From: a virus
IMG/VR virus record: IMGVR_UViG_3300034105_003151
Location: 64,001 to 128,000 of that record
Strand: one strand, 5' to 3'
Length of the DNA stretch: 64,000 nt
Below are positions 31,810 to 41,397 of this stretch, one piece after another. Positions within the stretch are counted from its first letter, which is position 1; every line of letters begins with the position of its first letter. The translations under genes were made by a program, and so were the position numbers. The notes beneath the pieces are model-generated. The model saw nothing but the letters and a program-made list of their open reading frames with translations. It made no database searches and had not been told where the DNA came from.

Positions 31810-32198
31810 TCTAAAGCGGTTGTGCTTTGACTAAATCTCTTAACTATAGTAATAACTCCATAGAGTATTCTTTCTGTAAAAAATCCTCCATTAGTATAGA
31901 AATTATCTGGACTTTGTAATTCAAAGTCATATTTTGCAGTATTAAATAGGTAGCTGTTGGTAGTGGTTGCGGGCCATAATAAAGTGAATTTTCCATTAGG
32001 AGCATCTAAAGTAAATTTGTAATCTGGTCCATTATGTCCTGTTTGAAAAATTATTGTATCATTACTATTAGTTTTGCAAATAATTCGACCACACCAATCT
32101 GTTAGATCAACAATATTACCATCAGCATCCTTATATACTAATACTAAGCTATAAGAAGATCCTTGTTCTATATTAAAATCATATTTTGCTGCTGCCAT
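31797..32198 (-). CDS. BppU-like N-terminal domain virion protein
   Basis: IEQGSSY...D.DG.IVDLT...AKYDFEL...RILYG.ITI. Confidence 0.6.
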   Translation of the reverse strand: MAAAKYDFNIEQGSSYSLVLVYKDADGNIVDLTDWCGRIICKTNSNDTIIFQTGHNGPDYKFTLDAPNGKFTLLWPATTTNSYLFNTAKYDFELQSPDNFYTNGGFFTERILYGVITIVKRFSQSTTALECQI

Positions 32199-32253
32199 AA
32201 TTGATCTTTCATAGTTTTAGATAAAAGTACTAGATAATAATACACCTTGATAT

Positions 32254-32289
32254 AAAAAAAAGAACCGCACCTTTTTAGGGATGCGGTTC
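32254..32289 (-). terminator. Rho-independent terminator after the major capsid gene
   Basis: Minus strand GAACCGCA..TGCGGTTC followed by a T run. Confidence 0.7.
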
Positions 32290-32318
32290 AGAAAAGTTTT
32301 AACTTTTAGTTAGAGATA

Positions 32319-33317
32319 TCAGATAGCACCCAAGATAACTCTACGGTTATCTAGAACAGCAAAGCCTTGTTCTGCCCATCCGTAAAAACCGGCTCTCTTT
32401 TGACGATGTAGAGTATCGTCTTCAAAAATCTGAACCTGTTCACGAATTGGCATTATGAAACTATCACGCTTACGAAGATCCAATCCAACGATTAGCTCAC
32501 TCTTAGTACCAACAGATCCGCTCAAGGCGTTTAGATAGTATAGTTGATATTCTTGACCTTCGCCCAACTCGTCTAGGTCGTGTAGGTTAACACCGAAGAT
32601 ACGATTAACAGTACCGTCAGCAGCAGTATAGATTTCTCTACGAGTAAATTCATCGATTTGATCAACGTTCCAGTTACGCATATCTTCCATAGCTTCTGGA
32701 GAAACGTAAAGGTCTGTTAATAGTCCACGATTTGTACTAGCAGAGTTACCACCACCGTTACGGCGCATAGTTGTCTTAAGAAGAGATACAACTCTCTTGC
32801 TTAATAAACCAGTTGGAGCATCACTATCATATACTAGAATATTACGATCTAGACCAGCGGCTAATAGTGTGTGCCATCCATCATCATTCATTTTCTTTAC
32901 AAATGAACCTTCTAGAACTTCCATAGCGCGTCCGACAACGTCCCAACGGGCGTCACGGGCATACTTTAGAAGATAATCGATACTTGAACCAACGTCATAA
33001 GTAGGAACCATAACGTAGTCAGACTCAACGTGCTTTTCTGGAATATATCCGTGGTTAGGAATAGTAAAAGCAACAAAGTCTTTTTCAGTACCAGGGCTTA
33101 GTAAGTCAAGAGGAAACTCTGGAGTAGCACTTTGAGCTAAAGGAATTGGCTCAAAAATACCGTCAAGAATATTTCCATTTAGAACACCCTGACGTAGAGG
33201 TAGTTCTAGAGCTTTGGCGAATTCTGCATTAGCTGCAAGAGATTCTTCTTTTCTTTGTGAACCAGAACGTACTAGCAAATCAGTTAGTTCTTTTGTTGGT
33301 TGAAATACTTCAGGCAT
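32319..33317 (-). CDS. Major capsid protein (HK97 fold)
   Basis: 332 aa after protease and decoration genes; ends GFYGWAEQGFAVLDNRRVILG; strong RBS and terminator. Confidence 0.85.
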   Translation of the reverse strand: MPEVFQPTKELTDLLVRSGSQRKEESLAANAEFAKALELPLRQGVLNGNILDGIFEPIPLAQSATPEFPLDLLSPGTEKDFVAFTIPNHGYIPEKHVESDYVMVPTYDVGSSIDYLLKYARDARWDVVGRAMEVLEGSFVKKMNDDGWHTLLAAGLDRNILVYDSDAPTGLLSKRVVSLLKTTMRRNGGGNSASTNRGLLTDLYVSPEAMEDMRNWNVDQIDEFTRREIYTAADGTVNRIFGVNLHDLDELGEGQEYQLYYLNALSGSVGTKSELIVGLDLRKRDSFIMPIREQVQIFEDDTLHRQKRAGFYGWAEQGFAVLDNRRVILGAI

Positions 33318-33351
33318 TTTAATTATCTCCCTTTAGTTTTAATTATTAGAA

Positions 33352-33813
33352 TCAAGTGATAACAATTGATAGTTTAGCATAACCATCGGCATCTTTGGCA
33401 CTTAAGAATTGACCAATCTTAGTAGCATTAGTCGAAACAGTACCGATCAAACCGCTATTTCCAACATAAGCATCACTTCCAGCGGTTGGATTAATACCGG
33501 GCACAAGCATATTTGTGCTAACTTGACCGTTGCGTAACAATGTTACCTTACCACCAAGTTGCATTTCATCCTTGAACCAGTTAATGTGCTGACGAGTTAG
33601 GTCATAATTAACAACGTCATTTAGTAGAATACCCATTGGTCTTGCTCCGCTGTTACCAGCAGCATAGGCCACAATAGCATTAGAATCGTCCATTGAAACA
33701 CCGCTATTTGTTTTTGAAGTATCTACAGTAGCAATTCCGCCACGTTCACAAACAGTGTTGCAGAAAAAGCTGATGTCAGTCAATACTTCGATACGATCTG
33801 GTTTTAGAGCCAT
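33352..33813 (-). CDS. Capsid decoration/cement protein
   Basis: Between scaffold and capsid genes; PTAG.DAYV..SG...IGQFLSAKDADGYAKL. Confidence 0.65.
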   Translation of the reverse strand: MALKPDRIEVLTDISFFCNTVCERGGIATVDTSKTNSGVSMDDSNAIVAYAAGNSGARPMGILLNDVVNYDLTRQHINWFKDEMQLGGKVTLLRNGQVSTNMLVPGINPTAGSDAYVGNSGLIGTVSTNATKIGQFLSAKDADGYAKLSIVIT

Positions 33814-33816
33814 TTG

Positions 33817-34479
33817 TCATTCTCCCTTGTTATTAGAATTAGTTTTACTGTTCTTGCCAAATCTAGAAGACATAAAAGCCGATAGTTCTGAGCGAACACT
33901 AGCCATTGCAGAATTCTCAGAGTCTGATCCAACAGATGGAACAAAATCTTCCGTTGTTTCCGCATTATCTAGAACAGAAGCCTTAGTATTTTCTACTGAA
34001 CACTTTGCTTTCACATCGCCAGCTTCGTCTTTTTTATCTTTCTTTTTATTTAGCCAATCTGGCTTTTGGGCAGCTAGTAGAGTTGTCATGGCGCTAAAAG
34101 CTTCGTCATCTAAAGAATCAAACTTTTCAGAAGCAGCTTCTGCTTCGTCAGTAGATGCACCTAGTTCTGTTAGAGAAGCCATTCTCTTCATCTTCTTTTC
34201 TTTCTTCATCATCTCTTCTTCTTTGCCTTTATATGCGGCAATAGTTTCAAGAGCAGATTCTAGTTCAGACTTAACTTTCTTAAATTCTTCTTCTGACTTC
34301 TTCTGGTATTCTTCAGCACTACCAGCTAAAGTAGATTTTTCGCTATTTAGAGTTTCAATAGTCTTTTCATAAGAAAGAATTTTATTTTGTAGCTCGTCAA
34401 CTGTTGCTTGAGTAGTTGCGGCAGTTGCCAAAGTGTCTATCTTGGCTTTCATTTCGGCAACGTCAATTTCTAAACTCAT
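33817..34479 (-). CDS. Nested in-frame scaffold protein (MSLEIDVAEM...)
   Basis: Internal ATG at 34479 with a GGAGAA RBS and an upstream GGTGTATC late motif. Confidence 0.55.
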   Translation of the reverse strand: MSLEIDVAEMKAKIDTLATAATTQATVDELQNKILSYEKTIETLNSEKSTLAGSAEEYQKKSEEEFKKVKSELESALETIAAYKGKEEEMMKKEKKMKRMASLTELGASTDEAEAASEKFDSLDDEAFSAMTTLLAAQKPDWLNKKKDKKDEAGDVKAKCSVENTKASVLDNAETTEDFVPSVGSDSENSAMASVRSELSAFMSSRFGKNSKTNSNNKGE

Positions 34480-35310
34480 AGTTTGGTTCTCCACGTTAAG
34501 GTTTGACTGAGAAATAGATACACCTGAAAAAACAAATTCACTATTTTTTTCTGTTTCTGTTTTAATATTTGGACTAATACTAAAAATTATACTTTCTGGA
34601 TTAGCTGGTTTATCAACAAATCCTTTGCCGGTAAAAGTAATATTTCTTAATACTCTACCTATTTTATAGTTTTGATGATTACCATTTCCACCATATGCTC
34701 TTAGATATTTAGTTAGGTGGGCAGTACTATTATTTCTAGATAATACCTTATAATTCCCCTGAGCATCCATAATACCGTAATCGAAATTTTTGAATAAACA
34801 TTCCATACTAACATATTTACTTTTATTCTCAATAGAACTTATTAAGTCTTTTGCACGAGAAATTAGTTCTGGATTGGTAAAAGCCTTATAGATTACTGAT
34901 CCTGTTAGGATGTGATATTTGGGCGGCAAGTCTGATATGTTAATGTCTTTTGGAATTATTTTGAAGTCTTCTGTTACTGGAGTATTTGAAATAATATGTC
35001 CAACAATAATACTTTCGTCATGATCTAGATTAGTAGGCTTATCTTCTGGTGTGTCCTTAGCCATCCATAGTTCTACGGGATCAAATATATCATCATTTAA
35101 ATTCCAAGAAGAAGTTACCATAATACTATCTGCATAATATAGATCTTTATCATTATAAGAAGCTAAACTCTTAAAATCTGTTTTGATTTTTTCATTTAGA
35201 ATATTATCTGTAGATGGCTCTAATTGACTAGCAATAAGTATTGATGCAGAAGATTGGATCTTATGCTCTAGTCCATCTTGTATTTCTGATAAATATGTTG
35301 GAATTGTCAT
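33817..35310 (-). CDS. Prohead protease fused to a coiled-coil scaffold
   Basis: NLDHD..IVGH, VSMEC, FTGKGFVDKPANPES protease motifs; acidic coiled-coil C-terminus. Confidence 0.8.
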   Translation of the reverse strand: MTIPTYLSEIQDGLEHKIQSSASILIASQLEPSTDNILNEKIKTDFKSLASYNDKDLYYADSIMVTSSWNLNDDIFDPVELWMAKDTPEDKPTNLDHDESIIVGHIISNTPVTEDFKIIPKDINISDLPPKYHILTGSVIYKAFTNPELISRAKDLISSIENKSKYVSMECLFKNFDYGIMDAQGNYKVLSRNNSTAHLTKYLRAYGGNGNHQNYKIGRVLRNITFTGKGFVDKPANPESIIFSISPNIKTETEKNSEFVFSGVSISQSNLNVENQTMSLEIDVAEMKAKIDTLATAATTQATVDELQNKILSYEKTIETLNSEKSTLAGSAEEYQKKSEEEFKKVKSELESALETIAAYKGKEEEMMKKEKKMKRMASLTELGASTDEAEAASEKFDSLDDEAFSAMTTLLAAQKPDWLNKKKDKKDEAGDVKAKCSVENTKASVLDNAETTEDFVPSVGSDSENSAMASVRSELSAFMSSRFGKNSKTNSNNKGE

Positions 35311-35336
35311 ATGTTACTCTTTTGTTATAGGTATTG

Positions 35337-37514
35337 CTATTCTGAATACACCATACTATAAAAAGAAGCTTTAGCCTGTTTCATATCTTCCACAGTTAAT
35401 TGCTTATCTAGATCTACTGCAATATCTTGACAGTATTTTTTAAGATCATCAAAAGTAGCCATTCTAATATTTTGAACTTTTTGGAGTGACTCCTGAACAG
35501 AACCTTCATTAATATTTGTAAAGGGCTGTGTAGCAAACAATATTTTTGTTTTTAAGTCTTCTAACTCATCAGTCTCAGAACTAGCCAAACTTCTTAAATT
35601 CTTCTTGTTATACAGATCTAAAATCATAGGATTTACAATTTCGCTTATTTTATCTTGGGCGTTTACTGCCCAAAGATTTAATGAGGCTCCAGTTCTTGGA
35701 CTGAAAGTTTTAGTTTTGCGTTTTGAGCTATCTTTGCTGGTTTTTGGGCGACCTTGACCGGACACTCCTGGCAAAGATTCTGACGAATCTTTTGCCAACT
35801 TTGTTGGGGAAACAGCCTGACGCATTTCAAGAACCGTTTTTTCTCCAGCTTTCTTTTTATCTAATTCTAATCCAACTTGGCTAGGAGTAGCAGTACCTCC
35901 CTGTAATGCTATTTTCTTTAAAGAATTTTCAATTTGTGGATCAAACCAAGGTCCAGTTTTTCTAACCATTCTATTGCTCTTACGTTCGCGTGTCTCTCTC
36001 ATTAATCTAGCTTTTTCCATATCTGGATCAAAACCAAATTTCTTTTGTAGTAATTCATCGCTAATTACATTTCTATCAGCTAATTGAATTAATAGAGCCT
36101 TTTCTGTATCTTCATTACTTAGATCCATTCTATCAAATTCTATTTTAGCCGGGTGTTGAAAACCCATAGCTTTTTGTACTAATTCAAATTCCTTTTCCCA
36201 AAATTCTATAACTAAATCTCTACCATACTGTAGTCTTTGTGTCATAGTTTTTAGACTTATGAAATTATTGGTTGTTCCTGCCGCACCAAATGTGCCCGTT
36301 AAAGTTGGAGGAATACCAAGACCAGCATATACGCTATTTAAGTGAGGAATATATTTTGACTCACCTAAAAATTGATGTACACTAGTTTTACTTTCTATAA
36401 GTTCTAAGTCTGGTCCCCAGATCAAATCCATAGTACCACCACCAACATTATTGCCTAGAATCTGTGCTAATTTAGCAACAGCAGCTTTTGTTGGTGCAAT
36501 TTTATGTTCTAGACTACCTAGTTTAAAAATACGAATATTACTAATAGCTCCATCAAGAGCGGCAAGGTCTGCTAGTTTTAATTTTTCTATTATGAAAATA
36601 TCATCCATAATTGCATATATCATAGGATAAGCCCAGCTTTGCCAATCATCTTTCTTGTAATGAAAAACAATAGTTTTTTGAGGATCTAATGGATAAGGCT
36701 TTTTAGCTTTTGCTGCTTCTACTATCTGTGCTGGTAACTGAGCAACAATAGCCTTTTCAGCATCTGTTCTTGGGCTATTAATTAGTTTTCTCATTTGGGC
36801 CGGAATAGTGATCTCATACTGCTTACTCTGTACAAAAGAGGCTAATCCACCAGCAGACATTTGCACACAAATAGGATCGATAAAAGTATACTTCCAAGGG
36901 ATTTCTCTTTTTTCTACCTTTATTTGATCTATACTATCGATATATAAGTCTGGAGATCCCATACTTTTGTATAAACCATCAATGACTTTAACATTTAATT
37001 TTGCCGTTTGACGATTTAATACAACGCTGCCTGTGCGATAGATGTTGTTCAAAAATCTTTCGCTACGATCCTTACCCTTCACTTTTTTAAACCATTGCTT
37101 ATAAAATCTTTCGATACGCTTATTTCTATGAACAGGAGTAATACCTTGTACTGCAAAATCAGCCATAAGATCAATAACGTTTCTAATCAATCCCATTTTT
37201 TGATAGATATCATCTGCTCTACGACAGATTGCTTTTATTTCACGGGGAACAGTTTCATCTGGACGGAAAAATTCGTAATCTGCACGGGTTAGTCCTGGGC
37301 GACCTCCCGTATTTGAGTCTAGATTGGAAAAGTCAACACCGTATCGTCTATCGGCAACAGACTTGTATATTCCAAACTCCTCTAAAGCACTAGCAGAGTC
37401 ATGTAATGCTTTGCTTTTACTTAATAAGTCATCTCCCCAAGTAACATAAGCATCTGCTCCATCATATTGTGCCGCTGCAACGGCTTCACTTTTAGGGTAT
37501 TTTTGTTTAGGCAT
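35337..37514 (-). CDS. Portal protein
   Basis: Between terminase and protease; IRNVIDLMADF, IRIFKLG, GRP C-terminal motif. Confidence 0.8.
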   Translation of the reverse strand: MPKQKYPKSEAVAAAQYDGADAYVTWGDDLLSKSKALHDSASALEEFGIYKSVADRRYGVDFSNLDSNTGGRPGLTRADYEFFRPDETVPREIKAICRRADDIYQKMGLIRNVIDLMADFAVQGITPVHRNKRIERFYKQWFKKVKGKDRSERFLNNIYRTGSVVLNRQTAKLNVKVIDGLYKSMGSPDLYIDSIDQIKVEKREIPWKYTFIDPICVQMSAGGLASFVQSKQYEITIPAQMRKLINSPRTDAEKAIVAQLPAQIVEAAKAKKPYPLDPQKTIVFHYKKDDWQSWAYPMIYAIMDDIFIIEKLKLADLAALDGAISNIRIFKLGSLEHKIAPTKAAVAKLAQILGNNVGGGTMDLIWGPDLELIESKTSVHQFLGESKYIPHLNSVYAGLGIPPTLTGTFGAAGTTNNFISLKTMTQRLQYGRDLVIEFWEKEFELVQKAMGFQHPAKIEFDRMDLSNEDTEKALLIQLADRNVISDELLQKKFGFDPDMEKARLMRETRERKSNRMVRKTGPWFDPQIENSLKKIALQGGTATPSQVGLELDKKKAGEKTVLEMRQAVSPTKLAKDSSESLPGVSGQGRPKTSKDSSKRKTKTFSPRTGASLNLWAVNAQDKISEIVNPMILDLYNKKNLRSLASSETDELEDLKTKILFATQPFTNINEGSVQESLQKVQNIRMATFDDLKKYCQDIAVDLDKQLTVEDMKQAKASFYSMVYSE

Positions 37515-37565
37515 AGTTAATTGAACCGTGATAGGAATGTATTCTGATTAATAAAATGTATTACA

Positions 37566-39623
37566 CTAATTTCGATATATTCCTGTGTAAATATCATCAT
37601 TTCCTCCACCTCCAGTAAACCAATCTGGCCCCCTATACATCTGACCATCATGCTTCACAACGTCCGCTCTGTTATTACCCACAACATCATATTCAATAGG
37701 AGATAGTATTCTATTCATTTGTCTAGCTATCATATTAGCAATTAGTAAAGAACTATAACGGTCTTTTCTAAGTCTTCCTTTTTTACCACCGGGCATTTTA
37801 ACTTCTGGAGTATCCCATCTGTCTCTAGCGTTTGGACCTGTACTAGTTTGTGTCATTACTATGGTAGTTAGTTCATCTTTTAGTTCTTCTATTTCTAGAA
37901 TACACTCACTTAAACTATCATATAATGGACTAAGATCAGTTTCTAGAATACTCAAGTCTTCTCCCTGTAATGCTAAACCTAGAGATACAGGATCGAATCT
38001 TGGAAATAATAATACTTTATCTTCCATATCTTTTCTTAATCCGTGATTAGCTTGACTAGTCCAATCAGACTTGGCAAACTGTACCATTTCTAATATATGT
38101 AAGCCTTGTTGATCATCGGTATCTTTAGCTTTTTCAAAATCTATAATAGGCCATATTAGATGTTCACCTTGTTCTAATTTGCTAGGATCGTGTAGTGCTT
38201 CTTCAATAGCTACTCCTCCACCCTGAGCATCTAATCCAATCCGTTCGCAAGGGAATATTTTCATTAGGTTTCTGATCTTCCTTGCACAAAAGGCATAGAA
38301 GTCATGATCGATAGTAGTTCCTGCTTTTTGACGCTCTTTAAAATTGCTTCTATTTGTTGTCCAACAATAAACCACTCTAGAGTGATCTGGATGGATTTCT
38401 AAAATAACTAAGCTAAAATTATCTTTTTCACTAGCAGGATCGATACCGTAAACATAACGGAGAGATGGTCTGCCTTTAATCATTGGGTCAAATATTACAA
38501 CTTTATTATTAATAGTTATAGGTTTTGTATCAGAAACAACACAACCTTCTATGAGTGTTCTTCTAAAAAATCCTTCACTATCATTAACAAAACACGCAGC
38601 ATATTCCATATTATAAATACCGGCATGAATAGTAGCGCGGGCGCGACTTACTTGCTTATCATCCATAAAACCCTTTGGTATTAACTCATAAGGAATACGA
38701 ATAATACAATAGTCTTTCCAGTTAAAATTCTCTGGAACTTCGCCTTTGAATAATTCGTCTAGTTTATTAGGATCACCCTTACTTTCGATAATAGACTTAT
38801 ATCTTCTCCAATATGAAGCAAAGTGTTTAAATGAATAATCTGCGGTTCCTGAAATAATGGCTTGATTACCCATTTTATATTGTAGTGCTTCTAATTCATC
38901 GTTCCAAATACCAGCCTCAATCATGGCTAGTTTTTTTGCTTCGTCTTTTACATTTTGCATAGGAGATGCACTAACTGACGCGAAACCCGCAACAACTGTT
39001 TCATATATTTCTGGTGAAATTGATGCGAACTCGTCAGCGATAATAATATGCGCTCTTAGACCTCTGATTTTAGTCCCATCACCCATAGGAATAGCAATAG
39101 CCACGCTATCTCCTAGTCTCATTGTCCATCTATCAGTATCTTTACGCATACCATCATTTGATCCGTTAAATATGGATCGAAGTATCGGAGAGCCATTCCA
39201 AATAGTTTCCATATACTCTAGAACCAATTTGCTTTGTCTAAAACCCGCTCCTACTACAACTATTTTAGTTCCTGGCTTTAGTATGCATCTGAGGATACAG
39301 TATAGAGCCATAAGAAAGCTCTTACCGAATCCACGACTAGCAATATACATTGGAAAAGCCCTAATCCAGAACTCTTGCAAAATTGCCACCTGCATTGGGT
39401 GCAGTTCTATATTGAATAGTAATTTACAGGTTGTTCCAAAATATAATGGATTACTCAATAGTCTTAGTAAATGGCGATCTGGATATTCAATATCATATTC
39501 TGATCGATCTACCAGCGCACTACGAAGAGAGTCTATAAGAGATGTGTCGCCCAGACCTAACCAAGCATCATCATATGGAGTTATTATTTTTTTATTGGGC
39601 TTTATTATTGTACTCAAGTTCAT
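37566..39623 (-). CDS. terL: Terminase large subunit
   Basis: Walker A ASRGFGKS, IRGLRAHIIIADE Walker B, YGIDPA nuclease motif, KDRYSS. Confidence 0.95.
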   Translation of the reverse strand: MNLSTIIKPNKKIITPYDDAWLGLGDTSLIDSLRSALVDRSEYDIEYPDRHLLRLLSNPLYFGTTCKLLFNIELHPMQVAILQEFWIRAFPMYIASRGFGKSFLMALYCILRCILKPGTKIVVVGAGFRQSKLVLEYMETIWNGSPILRSIFNGSNDGMRKDTDRWTMRLGDSVAIAIPMGDGTKIRGLRAHIIIADEFASISPEIYETVVAGFASVSASPMQNVKDEAKKLAMIEAGIWNDELEALQYKMGNQAIISGTADYSFKHFASYWRRYKSIIESKGDPNKLDELFKGEVPENFNWKDYCIIRIPYELIPKGFMDDKQVSRARATIHAGIYNMEYAACFVNDSEGFFRRTLIEGCVVSDTKPITINNKVVIFDPMIKGRPSLRYVYGIDPASEKDNFSLVILEIHPDHSRVVYCWTTNRSNFKERQKAGTTIDHDFYAFCARKIRNLMKIFPCERIGLDAQGGGVAIEEALHDPSKLEQGEHLIWPIIDFEKAKDTDDQQGLHILEMVQFAKSDWTSQANHGLRKDMEDKVLLFPRFDPVSLGLALQGEDLSILETDLSPLYDSLSECILEIEELKDELTTIVMTQTSTGPNARDRWDTPEVKMPGGKKGRLRKDRYSSLLIANMIARQMNRILSPIEYDVVGNNRADVVKHDGQMYRGPDWFTGGGGNDDIYTGIYRN

Positions 39624-40071
39624 ATACCTTTTTCATTAGAGTAATAGCAATTTTGGAAGCATTTGAGGGATCTCCGCAAAAAAGCACATGAATATTATGT
39701 TTGAGTTGAAGTTCTAAGAGATTCTTTAAAATAAATCCCGATGTAATCTTTAGCTTATCCCACATTCTTTTAGGTACATTAGACCCTATTGGATATCTAT
39801 AAATATCTTCTAGACTAAATTCTAGTATCAAATAAGAGTACTTATATGTTTTCATCCTATCAATAACGTCTTTGAATCTTTTTTCCGTTATATTATTAGC
39901 TATTTCACTAACACTCTTTTTTCTCTCTACACACAATAAATGCTCGTAGCCCTCAACACTATAATCACCCGTATCTAGTTTTCTATTAGCATAAGCCACC
40001 CTATCAAATTCCCAGGGTTGTTGCTCTCTAGTATCTATGATAACTTTAAAATTGTTATAATCTACGTTCAT
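39592..40071 (-). CDS. ERCC4-domain nuclease
   Basis: IIDTREQ, LDTGDYS, VERKK. Confidence 0.85.
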   Translation of the reverse strand: MNVDYNNFKVIIDTREQQPWEFDRVAYANRKLDTGDYSVEGYEHLLCVERKKSVSEIANNITEKRFKDVIDRMKTYKYSYLILEFSLEDIYRYPIGSNVPKRMWDKLKITSGFILKNLLELQLKHNIHVLFCGDPSNASKIAITLMKKVYELEYNNKAQ

Positions 40072-40337
40072 TTTTTCTTCCCTGCTAATATTTTAAAAAA
40101 CACGGCAGCATATATGGTTTCTAGTCCGCTAATCATTTTATGATGAGCATAACAAAGAGTGATTCCATTTTCGACAACAAACCGCAATGCTGGACTATCA
40201 GCCCATCTAACAATATGATGAGCGTTTAACCGCTTTTTAATATTACACCCAGGCCACTGACAACAGTGATTATCTCTTTTGTATACTTCCTTACGCCACT
40301 TTACATATAGTGGATCTTTAAACCAACGTTTGGTCAT
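40068..40337 (-). CDS. HNH endonuclease
   Basis: RD..CCQWPGC..LNAHHI...NGITLC..HH. Confidence 0.9.
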   Translation of the reverse strand: MTKRWFKDPLYVKWRKEVYKRDNHCCQWPGCNIKKRLNAHHIVRWADSPALRFVVENGITLCYAHHKMISGLETIYAAVFFKILAGKKK

Positions 40338-41397
40338 AAGATACCATCTCTTCTACTAATTGTTCAAAGCTAATTTCTGGTTTCCACCCTAGCTGCATAG
40401 TAGCTTTAGTAGGATAACCTCTTAGATAATCCACCTCTGCTGGTCTATAGAACTGGGGATCGATAACTATAAAATCTTTATAATCAAGATCAAACTTACT
40501 AAAAGCAATCTTTAAAAAGTCTTCTACGCTGTGAGTTTCGCCCGTTGCTACTACAAAGTCATCAGCCTCTTTTGCTTGCAACATCATCCACATTGCCCTT
40601 ACATAATCCTTTGCATGACCCCAATCACGGTAGGCTTTAATGTTACCTAGACGTAGTTTTGGAAATGCTATTGGGCCACGACTTGTTGGTTTTCCATAGT
40701 AAATAGTATCAGACTCATCAGGATCAAAAAATCTTCCAATTGTTGCAAACTCTTGATCGCCCCATTTATTAAACTCGCCCAGCCACTTAGTAATCTTGCG
40801 AGTAACAAACTTCTCGCCCCTACGAGGACTCTCATGATTAAATAAAATTCCTGAGCAAGCAAAAATACCATATGCCGAGCGATAGATTCTTACCAAGTTA
40901 TGAGCAGCTAACTTAGCCACCCCATAAGGACTTTGAGGAAGCATTGTTGTCTTTTCGTCTTGGTATGGATTTCCATTTAAATCTTTATCATAATTAAAAC
41001 CAAACATTTCACTAGTACTAGCTTGGTAGAATCTTGTCTTGGGCGAACATTGACGAATAGATTCTAAGATATGTAAAACACCCAAGGCATCCATCTCAAA
41101 TGTAGATACTGGTTGTTCAAAACTAGTACCAACATGACTCTGAGCAGCTAAGTTATAGAATTCATCTGGCTTATATTTATTGACTAAGCTAAAACAACCT
41201 GATGAATCTGTAAGATCGAATTCCTCAAGGGAAAAATTGGGATTGTTTTGCAGAGAAAGGATTCTGCTTTGTGTGTTCGTACTTGACCGGCGATATAGAC
41301 CCACTACTTTATAACCCTTTTCCAAAAGTAATTCGGCCAAATAGCTTCCGTCTTGTCCTGTTATTCCACTTACTAGTGCTGTTTTTTGTTTAGTCAT
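40318..41397 (-). CDS. gmd: GDP-mannose 4,6-dehydratase
   Basis: GITGQDGSYLAE, LAAQSHV, FYQASTSE, SPYGVAK, ILFNHESPRRG..FVTRKIT, RDWGHAKDYV. Confidence 0.97.
   Translation of the reverse strand: MTKQKTALVSGITGQDGSYLAELLLEKGYKVVGLYRRSSTNTQSRILSLQNNPNFSLEEFDLTDSSGCFSLVNKYKPDEFYNLAAQSHVGTSFEQPVSTFEMDALGVLHILESIRQCSPKTRFYQASTSEMFGFNYDKDLNGNPYQDEKTTMLPQSPYGVAKLAAHNLVRIYRSAYGIFACSGILFNHESPRRGEKFVTRKITKWLGEFNKWGDQEFATIGRFFDPDESDTIYYGKPTSRGPIAFPKLRLGNIKAYRDWGHAKDYVRAMWMMLQAKEADDFVVATGETHSVEDFLKIAFSKFDLDYKDFIVIDPQFYRPAEVDYLRGYPTKATMQLGWKPEISFEQLVEEMVSYDQTLV

Noticed and set aside
37566-39623. Intein or intron in terL
   Set aside because: Continuous ORF with ATPase and nuclease motifs in order; no splice-junction or LAGLIDADG motifs noticed.
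11694-39639. Plus-strand ORFs opposite the structural genes (e.g. 15120-15710, 33755-34372, 38923-39639)
   Set aside because: Antisense shadows of long minus-strand genes, with no RBS or recognisable motifs.
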